From: Mobula hypostoma
Lineage: Eukaryota
Assembly (NCBI RefSeq): GCF_963921235.1
Contig: NC_086097.1
Location: forward strand, 72,232,001-72,296,000
Reading direction: 5' to 3'
Length of the DNA stretch: 64,000 nt
Below are positions 49,908 to 63,427 of this stretch, one piece after another. A model generated the notes under the pieces. The model was not told the DNA's origin, did not search any database, and was given only the letters and a program-made list of their open reading frames with translations. Within the stretch, counting starts at the first letter, position 1, and each line of letters opens with the position of its first letter. Position numbers and translations under genes: made by a program.

Positions 49908-50287
49908 ATAACCTTGCATTACACGAGTCCCAGGCTCAGCTGGCTCTGGCTGACAGTACCCGGTATGGGCCCCTATCCAGGGTTATGGATCCCACTGCCT
50001 TGTGGGTATCTTCAGGAGAAGAGAGGGCTAAGGAGTAAACCCTATACAAATCCGGAGTGGAGCCCCTAAGGCGGTTGGATGACGCATCACGTCACCTCCC
50101 GGCAGCTCCTGCAGCCAAGCTGATGCCAAATGTACTGCTTCACATTCCCTTGGACCATATCCGCGAGGCCGAGAGGGGGATCTTGATGTCTGGGCAGCCC
50201 AGGATCTCCATATTCATCGCCCAGGTCTGCGCCCCGGAACCGGGCGCATCCATTGTCTACTTAGACAGATGGAGCCATTATTATTAT
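49908..50287 (+). mobile_element. RTE-derived non-autonomous element
   Basis: CpG-rich, (att)n tail, 8-bp TSD tatctatg (49900-49907, 50288-50295), inserted into an old CR1 remnant. Confidence 0.7.
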
Positions 50288-52477
50288 TATCTATGTAGTG
50301 CCTGCTTCCCTGTAGGGAGGCCAGATCTGTCCACAATTTTCTTTGTGTGATCACACCAGAATCCTATATATTTGCAGAATGATATCCTTACTCTTGTACT
50401 CAGAATTTCTACCAATAAAGACTGACAGAATTGCTGCTAAATCTACAAATTGATTTGTTTCTTTCAATATCAATGCCTTTCAATCTCCCACTATTTAAAA
50501 CATGTCCTACTTTACTATCTTATCTACCAAAGACCAACAAACTCACATAATTCACACTATATTCCATTTGCCTTGTATTCGCCCATTTACCTAACCTGTC
50601 TCTATCCACATGAAGACCACCCACCCCCACATTCTCCTCACATCACAACCTGCTCTCCAACTTTCTTTTATTTCCTTATCCTCCTCATCCAAGAAACAGC
50701 TATTTACAGGCAGTGAATCTGAAATGACATATTTATTCCTTCTTACTTTCCTCTGTTTGTTAACCAATTCTTAACACTCTTAAACCTTAACTTCCGGGAT
50801 GCCTTCAAAATGGCGAACTCATGGAGGAGCAGCTCAATGGAGATGATTAAATATTCCTGCTTCAGCCTTCTACGGGTGAGAATCGCAACTGCTTCCAAGG
50901 TCTGTACAGTTAATAAAGATGTTTTAAGGCGACTGAATAATATCTCGCTACTTAAAACCAACGGAAATAATGCCTACAGTAGCCATAAGATCCTCGCTAG
51001 GGGGACATCTCATCGGACACATGGCTGTCACAGTTGTGTTTTTAAAAAAATGAGGTTTTTGACTACCATTACTGACTATCTTGCTGGAAAACGTACAGCC
51101 TCTAGTAAATAAAATCAATGATCTCAGAGGTAGAGTGCTGCCTCAGGGAGACATTAGCACAGTGAGCGTCCTCTGCTTCATGGAATCCTGGTTAACCCCT
51201 TCCATACCAGATGCAGCAATTCAGATTGACGGTTTCACTATACACCATCAAAATAGTACTGTTGAATCTCTCAGAAGTAAAGGTGGAATGTTTGCCTCAT
51301 GAACAACTCCTCCTGGTGTACCAATGTGTCAGTGACATTCCAACTTTGCTCATCAGACCTGGAATATCTTGCAATTAAGTGCCATCCAGTTTACCTGCCA
51401 GAGGAGATTTCAATGATCCTTTTGGCAGTGGTGTACATTCCACCTCAGGCCAGTGTCACACAGGCTCTAGACGATCTGAGCAATCAGATCAACATGCACG
51501 AAACAGCACACCTTGACGCCTTCACCACCATTTTGGGGGATTTTAACCTGGCCAGCTTGAAAAAGTCACTAAATAATTACCATCAGCAAATCACTTGTAG
51601 TACCAGAGGAAACAACACACTGTTACACTATCAAGAGAGCTTACCGTGCTACTCCACATCCTCATTTCAGAAAGTCTGATCACCTGGCTGTACTTCTGTT
51701 CCCTGAGTATAGGCAGAGACTGAAGACTGCAGCACCAGTACTGAGGACCAAGAAGGTATGGACAAGGGAAGCGCAGGAGGGCTTACAGGACTGTTTTGAA
51801 TCAGTGGAATGGATTGTATTCAGGAATTCATCTTTGAAACTCAATAAGTATGCCACAGTTGTTATTGACTTCATTAAAACCCGTGTGAATGAGCGTGAGC
51901 CTACAAAAACTTGCATACCAAAAGCCATGGTTTGTCATCTGTTGAGGGCTAGATATGTGACATTTAAGTCTGGTAGCCCAGATATAACTTGCAGAGGGCT
52001 ATTTCAAGAGCAAAGAAACAATTCCGAGTTAGGTTGGAGGCAACATCAGATGCATGTCAACTCTGGCAGGGTTTGCAGGACATTACTTCCCACAAAATGA
52101 AACCCAATAGCATGAATGGCAGCGATGCTTCACTACCAGATGAGCTCAATGCCTTTTATGTCCATTTTGAAAGGGAGAATACAACTACAGCTGTAATGAT
52201 CCCTGCTGCACCTGGTGAACATGTGATGCCTGCAGGAGGGTGAACCCTCAAAAGGCAGCAGGCCCCAGTGGAGCACCTGGTAGAGTCGGAAAATATGTGC
52301 CAACCAACTGGACGGTGTATTCAAGGACATTTTCATCCTCTCATTGTCATGGTTGGAAGTTGCCACCTGCTTCAAAAGGATAACAATTATACCAGTGCTC
52401 AAGAAGAGTAATGTGAGCTGCCTTAATGACTATTATCACTCACTTCTACAGTGATGAAATGCTTTGAAAGGTTGGTC

Positions 52478-52853
52478 ATAAGACCATAAGACCATAAGAC
52501 AAAGGAGCAGAAGTCGGCCATTCGGCCCATCGAGTCTGCTCTGCCATTTTATCATGAGCTGATCCATTCTCCCATTTAGTCCCACTCCCCCGCCTTCTCA
52601 CCATAACCTTTGATGCCTTGGCTACACAGATACCTATCAATCTCTGCCTTAAATACACCCAATGACTTGTCCTCCACTGCTGCCCGTGGCAAGAAATTCC
52701 ATAGATTCACCACCCTCTGGCTAAAAAAATGTCTTCGCAATTCTGTTCTGAATGGGCACCCTTCAATCCTTAAGTCGTGCCCTCTCGTACTAGATTCCCC
52801 CATCATGGGAAATAACTTTGCTACATCCACTCTATCCATGCCTTTCAACATTC
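52478..52853 (-). mobile_element. CR1 3' end nested in Rex1
   Basis: (cataagac)3 tail; GHDLRIEGCPFRTE...FSQRVVNLWN. Confidence 0.9.
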
Positions 52854-53323
52854 CAGAATCAACTCCTGCCTCATCAAGGACATGGACCAACTACAATTTG
52901 CCTATCACCACAGTAGGTCTATGGCAGATGCAATCTCAATGGCTCTTCGCACAGCCTTAGATTGCCTGGACAATACAAGCACCTATGTCAGGATGCTGTT
53001 CATTGATTATAGCTCAGTGTTTAAAATCATTATTCCTATAGTCCTGATTGATAAGCAACAGAACCTAGGCATCTGTACCTCCATCTGCAATTGGATCATT
53101 GACTTCCTAATGGGAAGACCACATTGGGAAGACCACATTCTGTGTGGATTGGTATTAATAACTCTGCCTCGCTGGCGATCAACACCAGTGCACCTCAGGG
53201 GCGTGTGCTTATCCCACTGCTCTACCCATGACTGTGTGGCTAGGCATAGCTCAAATGCCATCTATAAATTTGCTGATGATACAACCACTGTTGGAAAAAC
53301 CTCAGATGGAGAAGAGAGGACAT

Positions 53324-56219
53324 GTCATACAAGGTTACACATTGTATCGGAGGGACTGGAAGGTAGGCAGTAGGCTTGGCTCTACTGGTAAAGAATGGCA
53401 TCAGATCAGTAGAAAGATATGACATAGGATTGGAAGATGTTGAATCCTTGTGGGTTGAATTAAGAAACTGCAAGGGTAAAAGGACCCTGATGGCAGTTAT
53501 ATACAGGCCTCCCAACAGTAGCTGGGAGGTGGACCACAGGTTACAACAGGAAATAAAAAGGCATGTCAAAAGAGCAATGTTATGATAGGCATGGGAAAAT
53601 TTAACATGCAGTCGATTGGGAAAATCAGGTTGGTAATAGTTCTCAAGAGAGTGAATTCGTTGAATGCCTAAGAGATGGCTTTTTAGAGCAGTTTGTCATT
53701 GAGCCTGCTAGAGGATCAGCTATACTGGATTGGGGGTTATGAAATGAACTAGAGGTAATTAGGGAGCTTAAGGTAAAAGAACACTTAGGAACCAGGTATC
53801 ACAATATGGTTGAGTTCAACCTGAAATTTGATAGGGAGAAAGTAAAGTCTGATGTAGCAGTATTTCAGTGGAGTAGGGGAAATTACAGTGGTATGAGAGA
53901 GGAGTTGACCAAAGTAAATTGGAAGGAGCTGCTGGTAGGGATGTCAGCGGAACAGCAATGATGTGAGTTTCTGGGAAGTGAAGAAATACTCAAGTGGCAA
54001 AATAGTACAACCATGGCTGACAAGGGAAGTTAAAGCTAATGTAAAAACAAAAGAGAGGGCACACAACAAAGCAAAAATTAGTGGGAAGATAGAGGATTGG
54101 GAAGTTTTTAAAAACCTACAGAGAGCAACTAAAAGAATCATTAGAAGGGAAAAGATGAAATATGAAAGCAAGCGAACAAATAATATCAAAGTGGATAGTA
54201 AAAGCTTTTTTTAAGTATGTAAAAAATAAAAGAGGGATAACAATGGATATAGAACCACTAGAAAATGAGGCAGAAGAAATAATAACGGGGGTCAAGAAGA
54301 TGGCAGATGAACTAAATGAATATTTTGCATCAGTCTTCACTGTGGAAGGCACTAGCAGTATGCCCGATGTTGTAGTGTAGAGGAAGAGCAGTGGGTGCAG
54401 TTACTATTACAAGGGAGCAAGTACTCAAAAAGCTGAAAGACCTAAGGGTACATAAATCACCCAGACCACATGAACTGCACCCTAGGGTTCTTGAAAGAGA
54501 TAGCGTTAGAGATTGTGGCGGCATTAGAAATTATCTTTCAAAAATCACTGGCATGGTGCCAGAGGACTGGAAAATTGCAAATGTCACTCCACTCTTTAAG
54601 AAAGGAGCAAGGTAGCAGAAAGGAAATTGTAGACCAGTTAGCCTGACCTCAGTGGTTGGAAAAATGTTAGAGTCAATGGTTAAGGATGAGGTGATGGAGT
54701 ACTTAGTGACACAGGACAAAATAGGACAAAGTCAGCATAGTTTCCTTAAGGGAAAATCCTGCCTGACAAACCTGTTGGAATTCTTTGAGGAGATTACAAG
54801 TAGGATAGATAAAGGGAATGCAGTGGTTGTTGTATATTTGGACTTTCAGAAGGCCTTTGACAAGGTGCCACAAATGAGGTTACTTACTAAGTTAAGAGCC
54901 CATGGTATTACAGGAAAGTTACTAAAATGGTTAGAGCATTGGCTGATTGGAACAAGGGAGCGAGTGGGAATAAAAGGATCTTTATGTAGTTGGTTACCAG
55001 TGACTAGTGGTGTTCTGCAGGGGTCAGTGTTGGAACCACTTCTTTTTATAGAAGAAGAAGAAGAAGAAAGCCCTTAACTCCGAGTGGAGTCATCGAGACA
55101 CCATTTTTCTTATTTTTACAAGGCCGAGTTGTTAGCTCGATGCTCAACCCAGCACAGATGGAAAGCGTGCAAAGGAGCCGGCTAGATTCGAACTCGGGAG
55201 CCTTCGCCCTGAAGTCCGGCGCTGATGCTACTTCTTTTTATGCTGTATATAAATGATTTAGATGATGAAATCGATGGCTTTGTTGCCAAGTTTGCAGATG
55301 ATACCAAGATTGGTGGAGGGGCAGGTAGTGTTGAGGAAATAGGTAGGATGCAGAAAGACTTAGGCAGATGAGGAGAATGGGCAAGCAAGTGGCAAATGAA
55401 ATATAATGTTGGAAAATGCAGGGTCATGCACTTTGGTAGTAGAAATAAATGTGCAGACTATTTCTAAACGGGGAGAAAATCCGAAAATCTGAGATGCAAA
55501 GGGACTTGGGAGTCCTTGTGCAGAACACCCTGAAAGTTAACTTGCAGGTTGAGTTGGTGGTGAGGAAGGCAAATACAATGTTAGTATTCATTTCAAGAGG
55601 TCTGGAATACAAGGGCAGGGATGTGATGCTGAGGCTTTATAAGGCACTGGTGAGGCCTCACCTTGAGTAATATGAACAGCTTTGGGCTCCTCATCTGAGA
55701 AGAGATGTGCTGGCATTGGAGAGGGTCCAGAGGAGGTTCACAAGGGTGATTCCAGGAATGAAAAGGTTATCATATGAGAAATGTTTGATGGTTCTGGGTC
55801 TGTATTTGCTGGCATTCAGCAGGATGAGGGGGTATCTCATTGAAATCCTTCGGCTGTTGAAAGGTCTAGACAGAGTAGATGTGGAAAGGATGTTTCACAT
55901 GGTGGGAAAGTCTAGGACAAGAGGGCACAGCTAAAGGATAGAGGGGCGTCCATTGAAAACAGATGCAGAGAAATTTCTTTAGCCAGAGGGTGATGAATTT
56001 CTGGAATTTGTTGTCACATGCAGTTGTGGAGGCCAGATCATTGGGTGTATTTAAGGCAGTGATTGATAGGTCCTTGATTGGACACAGCATCAAAGGTTAT
56101 GGGGAGAGGGCCGGACAATGGGGTTGAGGAGGAGGGAAAAAGGATCAGCCATGATTGAATGGCGGAAGAGCCTTGATTGTCAAATGGCCTATTTTTGTAC
56201 CTATATCTTATGGTCTTAT
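53324..56219 (+). mobile_element. CR1-type LINE ORF2 nested in Rex1
   Basis: VIYRPPN, PEDWKIANVTPLFKKG, YLDFQKAFDKVP, KFADDTK; candidate TSD ggacat (53318-53323, 56220-56225). Confidence 0.92.
55050..55229 (-). mobile_element. tRNA-derived SINE with (TTC)n tail
   Basis: Minus B-box GAGTTCGAATC; 12-bp TSD acttctttttat (55038-55049, 55230-55241). Confidence 0.85.
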
Positions 56220-56339
56220 GGACATACAGGAGCGAGATATACGAGTTAGTTGAGTGATATCATAGCAACAACCTTGCACTCAACGTCAGTAAGAGCAAAG
56301 AGCTGTTTGTGGACTTTAGGAAAGGTAGGACAAGAAATT

Positions 56340-56817
56340 GGAAAGGAAGCATTGGAAAGTGTACAGAGGAGATTTACCAGGATGCTGCCTGGTTTAGAGA
56401 GTGATCAGAGATTGAGGGAGCTAAGGCTTTACTCTTTGGAGAGAAGGAGGATGAGAGGAGACATGATAGAGGTGTACAAGATAATAAGAGGAATAGATAG
56501 AGTGGATAGCCAGCGCCTCTTCCCCAGGGCACCACTGCTCAATACAAGAGGACATGGCTTTAAGGTAAGGGGTGGGAAGTTCAAGGGGGATATTAGAGGA
56601 AGGTTTTTTTTACTCACAGAGTAGTTGGTGCGTGGAATACACTGCCTGAGTCAGTGGTGGAGGCAGATACACTAGTGAAATTTAAGAGACTACTAGACAG
56701 GTATATGGAGGAATTTAAGGTGGGGGGTTATATGGGAGGCAGGGTTTGAGGGTCAGCACAACATTGTGGGCCGAAGGGCCTGTACTGTGCTGCACTATTC
56801 TATGTTCTATGTTCTAT
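56340..56817 (+). mobile_element. CR1 3' end nested in Rex1
   Basis: LESVQRRFTRMLPGL...RGDMIEVYKI; (gttctat)n tail. Confidence 0.9.
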
Positions 56818-59192
56818 GAAACATGAACCAATTCTCATCAAGGGATCAAAAGTGGAGAGAGTGAGCAATTTCAGTTTCCTGGATGTCAAGATCTTTGAGG
56901 ATCTAACCTCATCCTCAAATATCGATACAGCTATAAAAAAGGCAAGGCAATGGCTACATTTCACTTGGAGTTTGAGGAGACTTGGTTGGAAACCTAAGAC
57001 ATTCAAGAACCTCTACAAATATACTGTGGCGAGCATTCTGACAAGCTGCATGACTGTCTGCTATCGGGGGCGGGGGGGGGGAGAGTTACTGCACAGGATC
57101 AAAAGAAGCTACAAAAAATTGTAAAATTAGTCACCTCCATCTTGCATACTAGCCTCCATAAAGGCAACACTCATCATTAAGGATCACCACACCCAGGACA
57201 TGTCCTCTTCTCATTGTTACTGTCAGGAAGGAGGTAAAGTAGTCGAAAGGCACACATTCAGCGATTCAGGAGCAGCTTCTTCCCCTCTGCCATATGATGT
57301 CTAAGTGGACATTGAACCCATGAACACTACTTCACTTTTATTATTTCTGTTTTTGCACTATTTTCAATTAACAATTGAATACACACACACACATATATAT
57401 ATACTTCATTTACCTTTTTCCCCTATATTATCACATACTGTATTGTACTGCTGCTGCTAGGTTAACAAATTTCATGACATATGCTGTTGTTATTAAACCT
57501 GGTTCTGATTCTAATACACATCAATATTTTATTCAAGTTGCATGTGTTTTGTGTCATTATCTCTTGTGTGGCACCTTAATGTCTTCCGAAAGTCCAAATA
57601 CACTGTCTTCCTTTTATTCATTCTTTTAGTAACTACTCAAAAATCCTAATGGTTTTGTCAAACATGATTTCCCTTTCAGATATCCATGCCAACTCTGCCC
57701 AATTTTAATTGCTATTTTTAAGTGCCCTGCTATTTCTTTGAACATTTTTCCTACCAACGATGGAAGGCTAAATCATCTTTAGTTCCATGCTCTTTCCTTT
57801 TTTTAAAATTAATTAGAGGGATACACTTGCTACTTTGCAATAGGCAGGTTTGTATGGAAGAAGACAAACAGCGTACCCACTGCTTCAGTAATAATGCAGA
57901 TTATAGCGTACAATGCTGCAGAACAAAGACTGCTCAGGGAATATATTCAAAATTGATTTGAGTCTTATCCAAGATATTTTTAACCATGTAACTAATATTG
58001 AAAAAATTCTTATAACATTTCATATGTTACCATATTTTCTCATCTGTTGTAATGCAAAATAATGATGAAATATACAGATGTGAATATTTTAATCAAATGT
58101 GTACTATTCCTCCAATAAGCAAGAATTAAAATACACAAAATAAATTATCTTTCTCTGAAAATGGTAGTTTCAAACTAATTTCAAAGTTAATTTAAACTTT
58201 TGATTTGACAGAATGTATGGCATCAAATGACACAAATTTCACATTGCTATTAATAGGTTTTGAAGTTACTTTAAAATCCAGCACTGAATTCATCTTTCCA
58301 TTAAATGTTATTCATTAGTTTCTGTATACTTGGTGCAATTTCACATTTACAGAAAGAATTTTAAAACTCAGTATTAAATCCTAATGTAATGTGATCTATT
58401 TTAGCTGAATTTCTGTGTCAAAATCCAGAACAATTGATGTGTCTGCTGTTAAAAAATGGAAGAAGCACATAGTAACTATTCCATGAATTATTACTTTTCT
58501 GATTGCTCATAGAATATAAGTACTTCATTGTGTTAGGTGTGAAGTGCAGAACTGAATGCTTGTACATTACTAAAACACTTAATTAAGTGGCTCAGATATT
58601 TGTGGCTGACTGCAACTAATAACAGAACCACATTTATATTCCAAGCACTCCTTAGGGTAAGTCACTGCAATATGAGCAAAGCGTAATGGGAAGATGGTTC
58701 GCTGAATACACAGCTTCAACCTTAATTATATTCTGTCCACTACCGCAGCCCTTTGACTGATCTTAATGTAGAGGAGAAAACCATGTTTGCTGGAACAGTG
58801 TGAGCTATGGTTCAACGGTGGCTGATATTGTGCCCTGCTCATCGGAGCTTCAATGGATCTTTGACATCTTTAAAAGACAGATATTATCCAAAAACAAAAA
58901 TATTGCACAGAATTATTATCGAGAATTGACCTGAGTTCATAATGTTTTAAGGGGGAAGAGTAAGAAAAATATGCATTGGCTAATGTGATACTGATAGTAA
59001 ATGGGCAGCTTTATAATATGGCAGGGGGATGGGAATCCAGGCAGAAGGACAGAGGGAAGTAATGCAGAGACCAAAGCAAAAGTTAGAAAAGTCAAAGTGG
59101 AGTCCAGAAAACTCAAAGGCAAAGAACACAAAGGTTACTAGGTTCTAAAAGGACAATGAACGTAAGGACAATTAATCTGAATGCCTGTAGTG

Positions 59193-61018
59193 CAGGAGAT
59201 TCCGGTTAATTGGGCCATTGGTTAATCGGGGCAGCTGTTTATTTGGGTGAACTCTTAAAGAACATGAACTAATTGAGAAAATAGTCAGGATTCCCTTTCA
59301 TTATTTCAGACTCTATGTTGTTTAATTGGGACAGGAGACTGTTGCCACAATTTTCTAACTAGTGTCAGTCATGGGCACTTATCACCACTAGACACTACAC
59401 ATTGCTTTGAGCAAACTGTTTTTAAATAATGTCGGTTGCTGTGTTTGTTTTTGAAAAAGCAGTGACTTTCATCACTGATTGAAAGCGATAAATTACAGTA
59501 AGACAATTCAGAACTGTTTTGCTCACTGTGGTTTCAAGCACTCAGGCTTGTAGTTTGCAGAATCGGCTGGGTGTGAAAATGAAACAATTTCACTACATCA
59601 ATAAGTTAGGAACAATGAAGAATCTGAATCAGAGTCAGGTTTAATATCACTGGCATACGTTGTGAAATCTGTTACTATGCGGCAGCAGCAAAAAAGTAGT
59701 GAGGCAGTGTTCATGGGTTCCCTGTCTATTCAGAAATCTGATGGCAAAGGGGAAGAAGCTACTCCTGGACTTTGAGTGTGTGCTTTCAGGCTCCTGTACC
59801 TCCTCCTTGATGATAGCAATGAGAAGACAGCATATCTCGGATGACGAGGCTCTTTAATGATGGATGCTACCTTTTTGAGGCATCACTCCTTGAAGATGTC
59901 CTGGATGCTGGGGAGACTAGTGCCTTTGATGGAGCTGGCTGATTTTAGAGCTTTCTGCAGCTTATTTCAATCTGGTGCAGTGCCGCATGCCCACCCATAT
60001 CAGACAGTGATGCAGCCAGTTAGAATTTTCTCCATGGCACATCTGTAGAGACTTGCAAGTGTCTTTGGTGACAAACCAAATACCCCAAACTCCTAATGAA
60101 ATATAATGACTGTCATGCCTTCTTTGTAACTGCATCGATATGTTGGCCCAGGATAGACCCTCAGAGACGTTGACACTCAGGAACTTGAAATTACTCAGTT
60201 TTTCAACTTCTGATCCCTCTATGAGGATTGGTGTGTGTTCCCTTGCTTTACCCTTTCTGGTCCACAATCAATTCTTCAGTCTTACTGACACTGTTGCTGC
60301 GACACCACTCAACTAGCCAATCTACCTCGTTCCTGTAAGCCTTCTCATTACCATTTAAAATTCTGCCAACAATAGTTGTGTCATCTGCAAATTTATAGAT
60401 GGCATTTGAGCATTGCCTAGTCACAAGTTCATAGGTGTAGAAATAGTAGAGCAGTGGGCTAAGCACACATCCTTGAGGTGCACCAGTGTTGCTTATCAGC
60501 GAGGTGGAGATGTTATTTCCAATCTGCACACACTGTGGCCTTTTAGTGTGGTAGTCGAAGATCCAGTTGCAGAGAGAGATGCAGAGGCCCAGATTTTGGA
60601 GCGTCTTGATCAGAACTTAGGTATTGACAATCAATTCAAATGTTACAATGAAAATGAAAATTTGGAGGATGTAATCATCGAAAGCAACGTATGGAGGCAG
60701 TTCATTATGTGTACTAAGTGCTTGCACTGGTTTTGTTCATTTACAGTCAATCAAAAGAACACGGCAGCATAACTGAAGGAATTCTTCCACTGATAACTAT
60801 TTGGAACAAATACACAGTATTATGGTACTGTAGTGTCATTGATAGTGTTCTAATTTGTTCAGCATTTCATTTACATATGTAATTTGTTACGTAAACAGTA
60901 GTTTGTCTTTTCTATATCTTTTTAACTATTTTCATACAACTTCAGCTAATTGGGGCAGCCACTTAAATGGGCCAAAATGTACTTGAACCAATGTGTCCCA
61001 ATTAACAGGAATCCACTG
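59193..61018. mobile_element. Non-autonomous Tigger/pogo-type DNA transposon
   Basis: TIRs caggagattccggttaattggg / cccaattaacaggaatccactg; TA target (61019-61020; left copy reads TG). Confidence 0.8.
59620..60612 (-). mobile_element. Rex1/Babar-type LINE fragment nested in the DNA transposon
   Basis: NTGAPQGCVLSPLLY...IYKFADDTTIVG; (gaatca)n-like tail. Confidence 0.88.
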
Positions 61019-63427
61019 TATTTGAATCAAAGTAAGTGAACCGTAGCACAAAACAGTACAAGGGGGTATGATTAGTGACCATTTCAGAAATGTGGTTGGC
61101 AGGTTGGAGATGTTTGGGAATTGAATTTCCAAGGATATCAGGTAATATGGAAGGATAGGCAAGAAGGCCAAGGAGGTGGTGTAGCACTCTTAATTAAGGA
61201 CGAGTTCAGGTTGATAGTGAGGTATGGTACACGACCTAAGGAGCAGAATGTTTAGTTTATCTGGGTGGAGATTAGGAATAGTAAAGGGAAAAATTTACTG
61301 TTGGGAGTTGTCTCTAGGCCATAGAGTAATAACATTACAGTGGTATGGGTATTAAACCAAGATAGATCTGATGTACGTTAGAATGGAACAGCAGTTATCA
61401 TAGAAACATAGAAAATAGGTGCAGGAGTAGGCCATTCGGCCCTTCGAGCCTGCACCGCCATTTATTATGATCATGGCTGATCATCCAACTCAGAACCCCG
61501 CCCCAGCCTTCCCTCCATACCCCCTGACCCCTGTAGCCACAAGGGCCATATCTAACTCCCTCTTAAACATAGCCAATGAACTGGCCATCATGGACGGCTT
61601 TAATTTGTACATTGGACGGCTTTAATTTGTACATAGATTGGGTGAATCATGTTGGTCGGATAGCTTTCTTGAACAGCATGTTAGTGATCTACAAGAAAAT
61701 ATTTGATTTTAGATCTATTCCTGTTCAATAAAGCAGGCAAAATTAATGATCTAGTAGGATATTCTTGGAAAGAGATCACAGTATGATTTAATTTCTCACA
61801 CAAATAGAGGGTTTCAATTTAAATCTAGTGTATTATGTCTAAACAAGAGAGTCTACAATGTGATGAAGGAGGAGCTGGCTAGCATAGGCTGGGAACATAA
61901 GCTCTATGGTGGGACAGTTGCAGAACAGTGGAAGACTTTCAAAGAGGTTTTTCATGGAGCTCAGCGAAAGCATATTGCAGTTAAAAGCAATGACACTAAG
62001 GGTGGGGAGAGCTAGTTTCTAATAATTAAGGAAATAGAAGAAGGCATCAAGCCAAAAGCTCATGCATACAAAGTTTCAAAGAGTTGTGGGAAAGTAGTTG
62101 AGAAAACGTTTAAAAAACAACAAAGAACCACTAAGAAAGCAATAAGGAAATGAAAGATGGATTTTGAACGTAAACTAGCACAAAATATAGACAGTAAAAA
62201 ATTTGTAATTATATAATGCTGAAAAGGGAGGCTAAAGTGAATGTAGGTCCCTTGGAAGATGAGAATGGGGAGTTAACATTGGGCAACGTGGAAATGGCCA
62301 AGGCCTTAAACAACTTTTTTTTGTGCTATCCTTGCAGTGGGGGATGCATCTAACATGCCAAAGTGTGATGTCATGGATTCGATAGAACGTGAGGATCTCG
62401 ATACAATCGCTGTCACTAATGAGTTAGTGCTGAACAAACAAATGGACCTAAAGATAAACTAGATCCTGGTCTCAATGGAATGGACAGAAATAAATGACAA
62501 AAGTTATGGTTATTATGTTTGTAAAAATTTATCAAAGTTCTCTGAACTCTGGGCAGGACACAGCAAGTTGGAAGAGAGCAACACTCTGTACATTTGTAAC
62601 AAAATCTCGCTGCCTTTAAACTCTAATTCTTTGCAATATGAGTTATGTGCCTAACATTTCCTGACTACTATTTGTATTTCATGTGCTCAAATCACTTTGA
62701 GTTTCACTCACTTACAGTCTCTCTCCATTTCGATAATAATATGCTTTTGATTTCTGTTACTGAGGTACATAACCTCACATTTCCTCACATGAAATTTCAT
62801 TGGCCTGTTGTTCGCCCATTGTCTAATCCATTGTAGAATCATAGTTTCCTTGTCACAATATATCTTTATACATACTTTCACATATTCAGCAAGTTGGGAA
62901 ATACTGCATACTATTCCATCCTCCAGGTCATTAATGTAAATAGTGAATGATCGTGGGCCAAGAAATGAACCCTGCAGTACTTCACTTGTTATTTAATTCC
63001 AACATGAAAAGATCAATTTATTCCAATTCTCTGTTTTCTATGTAATAGCCAGTTTGGTTAAAGGCACGGATTTAAGAAACATCTTAAAGAAGGAAAAAGT
63101 GATAAAGCAGCAGAGGATTTAAGGAGACAATTCCAAAGATTAGGGTCTTGTCTAGTGAAGCATGAAGTGTGATGGTGGAGTTATTAAATTAGGGGATGCT
63201 TTAGAGGACAAAGTTAGAGAATTATCGATATCATGTCAGGAGATAGAGCTGGTGGTGATTGTGGAAGGTGGTAATATGAAAAGAAGGATAACTATTTTAA
63301 AATCAAGACCTTGCTTAACTGGGAGAAAGTATAGGCCAGCAAGCAGAGGCTGGCAGGTAAATGAAATGTATTGTGTAGTAGGAATGAAGGACAGCAGCTT
63401 TGAATGGTCTCATTTACAGAGTTGAAA

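Larger units (their letters stand above)
50806..57515 (+). mobile_element. Near-full-length Rex1/Babar-type LINE with nested insertions
   Basis: caaaatggcg start; APE (LCFMESWL, VYIPP, ILGDFN); RT (LQFAY, LFIDYSSVF, KFADDTT); ttctgattct tail; collinear across three CR1 inserts. Confidence 0.88.
59000..62600 (+). mobile_element. Decayed CR1 (ORF2 N-terminal half) interrupted by a DNA transposon and a CR1 tail (61399-61586)
   Basis: LNACS|I..KVSE joins across 59192/61021; WVEIRNSKG...LGVVSRP remnants. Confidence 0.7.
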
